NCBI RefSeq assembly: GCF_004010195.1
Contig: NC_057755.1
Coordinates: 8,255,082-8,319,081 of the forward strand
DNA: 64,000 nt
DNA from: Chiloscyllium plagiosum
Lineage: Eukaryota
Reading direction: 5' to 3'
Each line of letters begins with the position of its first letter. The first letter of the stretch is position 1. Below the pieces are notes generated by a model. The model searched no databases. It was not told the DNA's origin and saw only the letters and a list, made by a program, of their open reading frames with translations. Positions 26,213-37,587 of the stretch are shown piece by piece. The translations under genes were made by a program, and so were the position numbers.

Positions 26213-27000
26213 ACTTTCCTGGCTATATCATTGGTGCCAATATGTACCACGATTTCTGGCTGCTCACCCTCCCCCTTCAGAATCTTGTAAACTTGATTGG
26301 CGACATCCCGGACCAGGGAAGCACCAGGAAGCAACATACCACTCGGGAGTCCAGTTCCTTTACACAAAGCCTGCTGTAAATCCATCTATTTGGTCCCCTA
26401 CCACTAGCACTTTTCTACTTTCTCCCCTTCCCTTCTGAGCCACAGCGCCAGGCTCAGTGCCAGAGATCTGGCCACTATGGCTTTCCCTTGGTAGGCCGTT
26501 CCGAGCAGCAGTATCCAAAACAGTATATTTATTGTTGAGGGGAACGGCCCCAGAGGATCCCTGCTCTGACCGTTGGTTCTCTTTCCTCCCCCGATTGTAA
26601 CCCAGCTGTCCTTATCCTGTGTCCGGGGAGTGTCCACCTCCCTGTGCATCCGCTCAATTTCCCCCTGAGCCTCCTGAATGGTCCGCAGTTCATCAAACTC
26701 CAGTGCCCTAAACCTGTTTTCGAGGAGATGGAGTTGGGTGCACTTACTGCAGATGTATTCGGCAGAGACATGTGAAGTGTCTCTCACCTGCCACATTCTG
26801 CATGAGCAACATGCAACCGCCCTTACATCCATATCCTTCTACTGTGAAAGCCCACACAGAAATAAACAAAGGAAGAGAAGAAACAAAATAGAAACATGAA
26901 AACTTACCTCGTTTACAGACTCTTAGTAAGGTTAGAGGAGGTGGCTGGGAGGGTGGCCCTACGGTGTAGCGTCTCCAGTTTAGATCTCACCCACTTAAAA

Positions 27001-27225
27001 CCTTCCTAGAAGTTCTTCACTCCTCCCTCGTACCTCTCAGCAAATGGAGGCCCCGACACCTGTAGTGAGTGTTTTAAACCGTTAGACTCACCTTCCCAGA
27101 AGCCCTTCGCTCCTCCCTCGAACCTCTCGGCAAATGGAGGCCCCGACGCCTGAAGTAAGTGTTTTAAACCGTTAGACTCGCCTACCCAGAAGTCCTTCAC
27201 TCCTGCCACGCACCTCTCGGCAAAT
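27001..27225. repeat. 90-bp tandem repeat, 2.5 copies, in the CR1 5'UTR
   Basis: Units start at 27001, 27091 and 27181 and share cctctc(a/g)gcaaat; the two full units also share ggaggccccgac and gttttaaaccgttagactc. Confidence 0.92.
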
Positions 27226-28514
27226 CATTTACATAGATCTCCAACAGCAGATGTCCAAACACTGATCCTATGGAACAGCACTATTTACAGCCGTCCATTA
27301 TGAAAAGCATCTTCCACCACTACCCTCTATCTCCTATGACTAAGCCAGTTGTGTATTTATTTTGACAGGTACCCCCTGATACCATGTGACTTCACGTTTT
27401 GTACCAGTCTGCCATGAGGGACTTTGTCAAAATTTTTATTACATTCCATATAGTCAACATCTACCACTTTTCCCTTATCAATCATCTGCAAAAACTCCTT
27501 AAAAAAACTCGATCAAGTTGCTGAGGCCCGACCTTCCCTACAGAAAACCATGCTATTTGTCGCTAACCAGTCCATTTGCTTCAACATTTTTATGGATCTT
27601 GTCAGTGAGAATGTTTTCCAAACATGTCATTACCACTGATGAGAGGCTTAAGATGCGTGTAATTTCTTGTCTTACCCCTGGTAACCTTTATAAACCACAG
27701 GACTTGGTATCCATTTGCAACCATTTAACCAGCATTTTGGAAACAACCTCGCTCCAAAGAGTTTAACGCGATTATGATTCCATTCTGTGTCCAGTTTTGA
27801 TTTCCATATCTATTGGTTATGAAACACCTGTAACATTGTATTCAGTTCTGGCTTCCACTAACTGCAGTTAAACCGGACTTAGATATCTGTGCAGAAGACA
27901 GAATACTGTGAATTCCCTACGCAAGTTGCACTGCTAGCAATGGAACACATCACTAGACTTTGACAACACTCGAACAATATGACTGAGGACCTGTGCTCAG
28001 AAGAATTTGCACCCTGACCAAGCTTAACTTGTACAGTTACAATTTGGGCATATAGCCAACAATGTGGAAAAGTAAAACAAAAACGGAATTTTTGGAAAAG
28101 CTAGCAGGTCTGGCAGCATTTGTGAAGAGAAATCACAGTTGACACTTGGAGTCCTGCAACTCTTCCTCATGATATGGAAATCTCGTCAGTTATGCTTTGT
28201 TCACTAAACAAAAAAAAGGACTAATTCAATTTTGCTATGCAGCACCAAATCGTATATTCTCTATCAGTAGCAAATACTGAAAGGTGTCATCAAGATTGAA
28301 CGCAGGATGATATTGCAAAGATTAAACTTATTCATCAGACACATGCAGCATTGTTCCAAATATAGGAAAAAGAGCTGAAATCTAAACGTTAGCTAATTTG
28401 ATGCCCTCGTACATCAAGACAGCATTTGAGCTCGGCACAAAAGAGCCTTAAAAATGTTGACCCCGAGTGAATCTAGGGGCAAAAATCTGCGCTGATTGGA
28501 GTCATACTATGACG

Positions 28515-29140
28515 ATATAGGGGAAAAAGGCGCTTGCTATGCTTTCCTGGACTGGTGAGTGTATCAAGTGTAGGACATGCAAGATTATGTTGCAGTTGCT
28601 CAGAACATTAGCTCGGCCACTTTTGGAATATTGCGTGCAATTCAGGTCCCTTTCGTATAGGAAGGACGGTGTGAAACTTCAAAGGGTTCAGAAACGATTT
28701 ATAAGCATATTGCCAGAGCAGGAGTATTTGAGCTACATGGAGAGGCTCGTTTCCCCGAGGCGCTGGAGGCTCAAGGGTGACCTTATAAAGGTTGATACAA
28801 TCTTGAGGGGCATAAAAATAAACAAGTTATTTTCCTTGTAGTGGGAGAGTCCAGAATTGGAGGGCATAGGTTTCAGGTGAGAGGGTTAATAATAAAAGTG
28901 ACCTCGGGGCAATTATTTCAAGCAGACGTTATTGCATATAAGAAATAAGCTAACGGAGGATGGGATGTAGGCTGGTACAATTTTAACTTTTAAAAGATAT
29001 CTGGATGGGTTTATGAATAGTAACAGTTTGGAAGGATATGGCTAAGAGCTGGCAAACGAGATCAGATTCGTGTAGGAAACCTGGTCAGCATAGACGAGTT
29101 CAACCCAAGGATCTGTTTCCATTGTGTACATCTCTATGAT
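28515..29140 (+). mobile_element. CR1 LINE 3' fragment
   Basis: LLRTLARPLLEYCVQF..LQRVQKRF..LKGDLIKV followed by a typical 3'UTR. Confidence 0.8.
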
Positions 29141-29849
29141 TCTGTTGGAAAACAACCAGTGCAACGGTAAAGAATCACTGCAATAACTCCTTAGAGTAGT
29201 GAACCCAATCATATACACTTGTTTCATCAAGCTTATTCACTCCATCATACACTGTATAAATGATTGTTGGATACTTCAGACAGCGGAAAATAATCGTTAC
29301 AGCAAAGTGGGAATATGTTTACAATGACGTGCATGTGAAGAGAAGGGGGATGTGAGAAATAAAGCTTGTTCACACTACAATTAACTAGGCTATGCAGTGC
29401 ACAGCCTGAAAAATGGGAGAGGCAGAGTCGACATAGAAGCGTTAAAGAGGGATAATGAATATTGATTTGGTGATAAATGGTATGCAGGCAAACGGGGAAA
29501 AGGCAAGAGATACTGAAGTGCGAGTCTGTTGACCTTTATCATCTCGAAGGACAACGGCAGCAGATTCATGGAAACACCACTCCTTGCAAGTTCCCCTGTA
29601 TCCATGCAGCACCCTGACTTGGAATTATATTGTTGTTCCTTCAGAGATGCTGTGTTGTCAGCCCAGAACTCAACTTGGATTTCTGTGCACAGTTTTAGGT
29701 CGTTTCTGTAAGGAAACAGACTGGCATTTAAGGTCGTTCAGAGAATTTTCACGAGGCTGATTCCAAGCCAGGAGGGATTGTCTTCTAATGAGGGGTTAAG
29801 TGAACTGCACGTTCACGCATTTCAACTTAGAATATTGAGAGCGTCCTTA

Positions 29850-30240
29850 TTAAGGCATACGAGGTGAACTTATAAAGTTTTATTAAAATCATGAGGGACA
29901 TGAGTAGGATAAATAGACAAGGTCTTTTCTCTGAGGTGGGGGAGTCCAGAGCTCGAGAGCATCGGTACAGGGTGAGAAGTGAAAGATATATAAGTGAGCT
30001 AAGGGGCAAATATTTCTCACACAGAGGGTGGTGTTGTGTGGAGTGAGCTGCCACAGGAAGTGGTTGAGGCTGGTACAATTACATCTTTTAGAATGCATTT
30101 GGATGGGTACATGAAATGAAGGGTTTAGAGGGAAATGGCCCAAGGTTTTTCAAATGGGGCGTGATCAGGTCAGCATACCTGTTCTGCATGAATAAGTTGG
30201 ACCGAGGGGTCTGTTTCCATGCTGTACGTCTCTATGAATC
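29850..30240 (+). mobile_element. CR1 LINE 3' fragment
   Basis: Matches the 3' ends of the other CR1 copies (cacagagggtggtg..gagctgcca..ctgtttccatgctgta). Confidence 0.72.
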
Positions 30241-30949
30241 TTTGACTCAGTCTGAATCATTAAGTGTATACTGGATTGGGATGAACAGATTTTAATTCAG
30301 TATCAAAGGTTGTGGGGAAAATCAGGAAATTCGGGTCGATAATTGTCAGATCTACCTTTAATGGCAGGATAAATTCAATGGGCTGAATGGCCTATATATG
30401 TTTCTATGTCTTACGGACTGTGTGCGTCTACATCAAATTCATACCACAACTTCAAATTGATTCTGTGGTATATTTTCATTTTATAAATGGGAAATTGCAA
30501 GTTGTATCAGTAGGAGGCGCTGGAGGCTTAGAGACGATTGAACAGCTAGACCCTTAGATCGAGGTTGACAACACAAGACCAGCTCTAGCCGTCCCATGAT
30601 GCAAATGTGGTGCCTTTTCAATTTTTTTTTTTTGCTTTGGTTATTTCCACAAGTGTCTTAAGGCTACTTATATACCGGGCCATGGTACATGCCTTTCTTG
30701 TGATTGACTACAATAGACGATAGGTTAGAATTGAAGAGGACACCAAAAAATGAAAGATAATTGGGAGATTGGTGGGCGAGGAAAGGTGTGAGAGTAAAAA
30801 TTATCGATTTATCTGCAGAAGATACATAATTAATTCCTAGCATATTTGCACTCCTATCAAAGACATAGCGTATTGTCAGCCTGAATGAGTCTAAATTGAA
30901 TATCTTTTCTAAGTCCATGACAGAGACATATATACCAGAAGATTGGAAT

Positions 30950-31430
30950 TACCTCATAGACAATGCAGACTCCTTGTCGACAATTACACTTTGTCTAGGT
31001 TGCACACTCCTACACCAGTCCACTTCGAAATTGTGCACACTCCTATTCTAGTGCATGCTGTAGAAAGTGAAGACTGAACGTTGTACATAGTGCTCACTGG
31101 ATCTTGTGTATTGTGCAAACTTTACCCTTTAAACGATGCATGTGACATTTTGCATATGATGCACACTGGACCTTGTAAATTGTGCACACTGCATTTTTTC
31201 AGATGTTGCGAAATCCTGCCCCAGTGCAACGTGTGAATGATTCACATCGTGTTTTGTATATCGTGCTTACTTCATCTTGCATATAATCTACAATGCACTT
31301 TGTAGATGGAGCAACCTGAAACTTGTAGATGGTGCACTGATCCAGAAAAACGTGGAATATTCCAAAACCGTCCTACCTTGTGCTTTTCAGATGTGGAATG
31401 CAATTGTGGAGGCGGGAGCTTACTGCACTG
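30950..31430. repeat. Degenerate minisatellite, unit about 22 bp
   Basis: Recurring variants of ttgtgcacactggaccttgta. Confidence 0.6.
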
Positions 31431-32116
31431 TAGGATTCCCAACCTTGGTCAATAGAAGCCTGCAAAATAATAACCAGAAAAGATACTTAATTTTAAATAT
31501 CAAGGAGCTGTGGTTAGATCCTCCCTTTGGGAAAATCGGAATTTCTTGACATTTGGTGAATATTGCTGGAACAGCAAAATGAGAATTATCTTCATATGAT
31601 GCCACTTCCTGGATTGGAGTTCGGGGTGTGGTGCAGACGGAAGGCGGGGGGTGGGGGGGGGGGGTGCTGTTAGTTACATTGAGACGAGCTCCTAGAGTGG
31701 TTGCAACGTGCAGAATCATTTACGTTTCTTGCCTTCCTCATAAAACAGCTTACATGAACAAAATCAGGACAAGATTCAATCTTGAAATGCAAAGGGAATG
31801 ATTGTTCGAATAAACGTTGCTGCCAGGATGTTTTCGAGTTTACTGCAGTTTACAGTCCTCTCGTTAATTTCATGTAAGAATTGATCATTGAGTACAATAA
31901 ACTTGCAATATCCTTAGCTTATAAAAAACAACTTACTTTTACATCGAGATAAAATGCAAGAATTGAAGCATTTGCAGTGTAATTGCCTCGACATTATTGT
32001 ATATTAGAATTATATATCTATATTTTATGTAAATTGATAGGCTGGCTTAATATACAGTCTGCATTAAGATATTCTTTCAAAATTATATTTTTTCACGTGA
32101 TGAAGGCGCATTTGGC

Positions 32117-32584
32117 ATGAAAATGTTTCTGAACCACTTGGTAGCTTGTAGACATTGACAAGGTTATTTTTGTATTTATTAACTGTTAATACACTGTCCG
32201 AGTTTTCAAAGTGGGATGAGTATTTGTGTCTGTCTGTCGATGGATCAATTGCTTCTGCTTATCTGACATTAGCAGGCAATGTCTGGGGAGATCTCGTGTA
32301 CCAATGGCCTCGCCAGGTCATCACGGAGAAAGGGAAATCGGTCGAGATCCACTGCTATCAAAATAGGACAGTCCAGGATAACATGCTCTGGTACCTACAG
32401 AGACCCAGACAGGCAATCATTTTAATTGGGTACTTTTACAGCGGTGGAAAACCTGAGTATGGAGAGGGGTTCAAAAATCGATTTGACATTAGCAGGACCA
32501 GAAATGACAGAATGTCAAAGCTAACGGTGGAGACAGTGCAGCTAACGGACATGGCGGTCTATCACTGTGGGACTGGGGATAGCG
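32117..32584 (+). pseudogene. TRBV: TCR V segment, family B (B1): open V exon 32276-32584, leader apparently defective
   Basis: V exon reads DLVYQWPRQVITEKGKSVEIHCYQNRT..MLWYLQ..FKNRFDISR..DMAVYHCGTGDS. The candidate 46-nt phase-1 leader at 32117-32162 has an in-frame TGA. An RSS-like element lies at 32585-32623. Confidence 0.8.
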
Positions 32585-33019
32585 CACACAATGACAAACT
32601 CATCTGGCACCTTGACAAAAAAGACAACAACTGCAATTAATCAACCCAGGTCTGCTTCCTTCATTTCCAGTTATCTAATTTGAATCAGCTACATTTTGAC
32701 TTAAAGCTATAAGGGGCTTTTTCCTTAATAAAAACAAAACAAATCAAAACTGCTTCCAACAATGAGAAATGTCAGTGACGTGGATCGATTAAAGAATTTG
32801 GGACTGTACTCTTTGGACAGAAGAAGGCTGAGGGAAGATCAGATAGTGGTTTCCATTGATGGAAACTGATGAAAAAAGAATAGTTAATTTTGTATCTGTG
32901 TCTTAGATTGTTGCGATCCAAAGTGGCATGAAATATGTAACGTGAGTTCGTGTCGGTCTGTGGATGTGAGCGAAGTGGGGACATTAAGATGGAGATTACT
33001 TGTGTTTGTATTAGAAGGT

Positions 33020-33920
33020 GCAGGGCCATAAAGAGCTACTGCTCTAGATCCTAAATTCTGTGCTCGACTCTACCATGCATTCCTTTCCTAAAAGTTGCAT
33101 TCTTTCGGAGGATATTTCTCTTGTCTCTGCTTAAATTCCTTTTCTACTTTAATAATCAACCTCCACATCCATCGTTGCCACTACTCTTTGCATGCAGAAG
33201 ACTTCCTAACATCTCCCCTGAACGGTCTGGCTTTAAGTCTTTAATTGCTCCAGTGGAAATTGATTGTCTTTATTTAACATGTCTTTCCCTGTCGATATCC
33301 TGAAAACTTCAATTCGATGATCAACTTAAAATTCTAAGTTCTTGATGATAAAGTTCTATTTTTCTAATCTCTCCTCTTAACTGAAATCCTAAAATCCAGG
33401 TTTCATCCTTGTAAAACTGCAGTGAACTCCTGTCAGGACCAAAACATCCTCCCTAAGGTGAGGTCCACAAATCTGCTTGCCGTACTCCAAGTGAGATCTA
33501 ACAAGGGCTTCGTGCAACTGCAACAAATCATTTGAATCCATATACTCCAATCCTTTAGAAATGAAGGCCAGCATTCTCCTATCCTCTTGCCTATGTCCAC
33601 ACCTGTTTGTGGCATTTTAAAAAGCAATGTCCTGAACTCCCAATTCTTGTTGACCATCCACTGTACTTCAATTCGCGCCTTATCAAAAATACCCTGATCT
33701 ATCCTATGTTCGGTCTGAAATGCATAACCTCACACGTGTTTTTTTTTGAAAAATCCGTCTGCCAGTTTTTACCCATTCACCTAATCTATTAATATACTGT
33801 TGGAATTTTGAACTGTCATCAATATTATCTACCAACACAGCCTAATTTATTTCGTCAGCAAATTTGGATGTTTGAATGTTTATGCCATTGACAAATCCGG
33901 TAATAAGTATTGTGATAACT
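33020..33920 (-). mobile_element. CR1 LINE 3' fragment
   Basis: MLAFISKGLEY..LLQLHEALVRSHLEY. Confidence 0.75.
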
Positions 33921-34398
33921 GACACCACCAATGGGCAATTCGATAACGGAGACATTGTCTACGAATTAGGGCAGACGATCTTGGAGAGATGTTTGGAAGC
34001 ACTTATACCTACAAGGTGTTGTAGATACTTAGACCTCCCTTCCACAAATCGGAAATTGTGACGGCCATTTGTTAATTTTAAGTCTAATCGTGTGTCAAGC
34101 ACCTTATAATTTGGAGCACATGCATTAAAATTGCATTCAAATTCTCGGATCTATGCAATGCTGCCTTCGAATTATTTACATTTCCCAAGGCAAATACATG
34201 GTTTAACAAACTTATACAATAGAATGCAATGTAACCATCAAGTATATCGCTTCCATCTGTACGGATAAGAAAGAAACAGATTTGAACTATGCTATTGGTG
34301 GCACTTGCAATGATGCGACTCCCAAATTCAATCATGAAGTGAACGACAGCAGCAGTTACTATGCGGGGTGATTGGATACAGTGCAGGATTGTGGAATC

Positions 34399-34444
34399 AA
34401 GTTGGGAACCGTCTGCGTCTGTCTACTGTTTCTTATGCTCCCAG
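34399..34444 (+). pseudogene. Orphan TCR V leader exon; its V exon is deleted
   Basis: 46-nt exon (AAG for ATG) LGTVCVCLLFLMLP G|GT with promoter remnant ctattgg..aatgatgcga. 34060-35035 aligns with the region upstream of C3, but no V exon follows. Confidence 0.68.
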
Positions 34445-36163
34445 GTTGCCGTTCATAATCGTCTAAAAAATATACATTTTTACTGCTAAAGGAACAAAGA
34501 GATCGTTCGGAAGATTACCACTTGTTATTCTGCCGTAGTGTAGTTGTTATGGCCCATAACAATCGAAGCATCTGAATTAATTACCCAAATTGCAATTCGG
34601 ATAATAAAACAGTTGAGGAGTTCTTGTGACACAGTAATAATGTCCTTCGTCTGAGTCGGAAGATCCTGATCCCAAACCCATCAGCTCCAGAGGTTGTCAA
34701 AACATCCTTGAGAAAACAGATAGAAAAAACGGGTAAAACATTTTTGAGGAAGTATCTACAAGACAATTGTTTCATTCTGAAAGAGGGCCATTGGACCCAA
34801 AACGATAACCCTACTTTATTTTGCCACTAATGTTGCTGAGTTTCTTCAGTAATGTCTACTTTTGGTTAAATACAGAATGATAGAGGGTGGAGAAGTTCAA
34901 CTCGGAAAACTCATCCCAAGTGGTGACAGAAGCAAAATTGACTTCGCCACATCTTTGGGAACTGGTGCTTTTCGTGGTTCGCAACAAATGCCGACCATGC
35001 ACGGTCTACTTTCTAAAGAATAAACTGGGTTTTAAACGTACCCAAACTGTGAAAGGTTCCCCTTTGGGACCAATGTTGAATTTCCAAAATCAATAGAATA
35101 TGTTGAAACAGAGGGTATTTAATGTCATCTCTCGTCAGGTTGATTAGAGAGAATCTTAAATAACTAAGGAGACATCTTATAATGCAGTCATGACGTTTTT
35201 CTACCTGTGAGCAAGGAGGCCAGAGTTCAAAATCCTCATGCTCCAGAGCTGTGTAATGATATGTGATTACATACATATCAAAAAGTCTATGCGGTTCATT
35301 TTCACAACATTAACCAAGTATAATCATTCTTCTCGTGCTCAGGGAGGACTCTAGTATTGTAGCAAAAGCTATCGAAGAAGAAGATCCACGTTTAAATGCA
35401 AAAATGTACTTTATTCATACAAAATGCACATGAAACATGTTCAAAAACAGTACTAGACTGTCTTTACTGAGAGAAAGAAATTTAGTACATCTCAGAATTC
35501 CGCATCCCTCAGATCATCTTTGCACTTCTAGAAAGAGTGGCATTTTTCAAATGCACAGTCAATCATTTCCATTCATTTTGAGGCAAGAAAGGGTTTTCAA
35601 ACCTGAACGGATCACTCTAAGGAACATACGTCCTTTTGTATCAAAATATATAAAGTAATCATACAAAATCGTTGCACACATACCAAATCTCTCTGGAATC
35701 ATTGAATTCTATGCTGTCTCTGCGTATGGAGAATTAGGTAAACATTGAAAATTGATTTCCTCACAGCTGCCCAGAGGTGTTTATTACTAATTCAAGTTAT
35801 TATTCGCATACATTTTAACCACCTGGAAGATCCTCATTGTTCTTTGGCAGAAAGATTTTAGACCGCCATGCAATGTGGTCTAATGTGGTCACAAATCACC
35901 TATGAGAGGAATAGATTTCATTTTGCAAAGAATTCTTTACAGATTTTGCAGAGAAAAGAAATGGCAGGCGATATATTGCAATTTAACAGTTCTCAGATCG
36001 TCCTGCAGTTTTGAAAAAAAAACAGCGTTTTCCACCGTGCAGGAAACTGTTGCCATTCATTTTCGGTAACTCATTTGGGAAATAAGCAAGTCTTAGTAGG
36101 TGCAACTCTTTTCATTTCAACAGAATACTTTAATCGTAAAACATTCTTCCAAGTTATACATTC

Positions 36164-36166
<3 letters not shown>

Positions 36167-36204
<38 letters not shown>

Positions 36205-36232
36205 CATGCACATATGTTTGTGTGTGTGTATA
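36167..36232. repeat. (TA)n/(CA)n/(TG)n compound microsatellite
   Basis: Seen directly in the sequence. Confidence 0.9.
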
Positions 36233-36414
36233 TTATAAATTACATGTGCATATAAAATAAAACACACGCATTCTGCATAATTGCATGTGAACAAAGCAAG
36301 CAATCATTGGAGTTTGACTCTATCCAATAAAGAAACCAAACGCAATTCTCATTTGAACTAGACTATATTTGCATGCATTGAGAGACCAGAAATGTCTGAG
36401 AATTGAATTGAGGC

Positions 36415-36632
36415 AGAAGTGGGTACTGCAGATGCTGGAGATTAGGGTCAAGATCAGCACAGCAGGTCAGGCAGAATCCGAGGAGCAGGAAAAATCGAGC
36501 TTTTGGGCAAAACCCGTTCTTTATGAATGATGAATTCCAGATGAAGGGCGTTTGCCTGAAACATCGATGTTTCCTGCTCCTCGGATGCTGCTTGACCTGT
36601 TGTGCTTTTCCAGCACCATTCTAATCTTGACG
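36415..36632. mobile_element. Fold-back Penelope-derived element with degenerate hammerhead cores
   Basis: Arms at about 36454-36519 and 36543-36605 are reverse complements; the right arm carries cagatgaagggcgtttgcctgaaacatc. Confidence 0.7.
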
Positions 36633-36804
36633 ATAATTGAATAGACCCCAGTTTCACTTCTGCAGGAAGACCACAGTCACCGGTGTTTATCAACACCACC
36701 TTGGCAGCAACTGCTCCAACCTTTAGTTCGTCACTCAGCACATTGTTCTGCGCCTTGGTATGTGCCAGTTCGCAACAACTGATCAAGATCAAATCCTTGT
36801 TTAA

Positions 36805-37107
36805 ATTAGATGCCCTCCAGTGTGGAAGCAGGCGATTTGGCCCTACAAGTCCACACCGACCGTCTGAAGAGTAAATCACCCAGATGCAATTCCCTCTGAA
36901 TGATGCATCAAATAGTATGGACAATTCAGGATGGCCAATTCACCTGACCTGCATATATTTACATTTGGGGGGGGGGGGGGGGGGTGGAATTGGAGTCATG
37001 GAGAGAATGTGGAAACTCCACGCAGACAGACACCCGAGTTAAGAATTGAAACCAGGTCTCTGGCGTTGTGTGGCAGTAGTGTTAACGACTGAGCCACCAT
37101 GCCGCCA
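36805..37107 (-). mobile_element. Older HE1-like SINE with internal poly-G
   Basis: Aligns with 25900-26212 (caagtccacaccgacc, gccaattcacctgacctgca, ccaccatgccgcc). Confidence 0.8.
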
Positions 37108-37466
37108 CACACGTAATTATTAGAGTTTTGTTTTGCAAAACCAGCAAGGTTTGGGCTGACCAAAGAGGGTCTTTCACCGAGCTAATCGTCCTCCCCAGTT
37201 CTATTTGCTTCTCTGTGTCCATTCTGATGTGCAGAATTGAGCAATGCTGCGACGTCTAACTGCGACGTCCCGTCCTTTCAAGAGAAGTGACTTACTTCTG
37301 CAGCCCGCCCCCCAGACAATAAACCAGATATGTGAATCTTCGCAGTCCACATGAATCTGCAGTGGGTGAGTTATAATTTTAAACTTGCATAACGATCTTG
37401 TGGGTTTGTTACTGATCTATGCACAGTCTGTCATGTATAGTTTGCACAGAGAAGCGGGGGAAGTCT

Positions 37467-37512
37467 ATTGGTAGTTCTCGCGATGATGTCATTTCCATAG
37501 ATAAGCATTAAA
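37467..37512 (+). promoter_or_regulatory. Family C V promoter: inverted CCAAT, CRE-like Vbeta decamer, TTAAA box
   Basis: ATTGG, GATGATGTCA 37482-37491, CATTAAA. The decamer recurs at 42409, 52741 and 58225 at similar distance from each leader ATG. Confidence 0.7.
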
Positions 37513-37587
37513 TCCGGAGCCAGGGCGAGAGGTTGCATCGTGTGTGAGAGCTGTATCAAGTTGGGGGGGGGGGGGGGGGGTGCGGAA

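Larger units (their letters stand above)
22646..27225 (-). mobile_element. Near-full-length CR1 LINE (ORF1 zinc finger and esterase; ORF2 endonuclease and RT), inactivated by frameshifts
   Basis: ORF1 from 26832 reads CCSC..CSKC, VVHIGTNDI, DGLHLN. ORF2 pieces include WKEANVVPLFKKG, RPVSLTS, YMDFSKAFD, GVPQGSVLGP, CADD. The 3' tail is near 22646. Confidence 0.93.
21715..27680 (-). mobile_element. Older CR1 LINE split into 21715-22645 and about 27222-27680 by a younger insertion
   Basis: MEFNPDKFEVMQFGRS on the left. RT sequence breaks at ..ctaccctttcat and resumes at caaatcattt.. after the insert. Confidence 0.72.

Noticed and set aside
27001-27225. CRISPR-like array
   Set aside because: The units are contiguous with no unique spacers and lie inside a vertebrate LINE.
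22646-27225. Active autonomous LINE
   Set aside because: Both ORFs are broken by stops and frameshifts, and ORF1 carries a SINE insertion.
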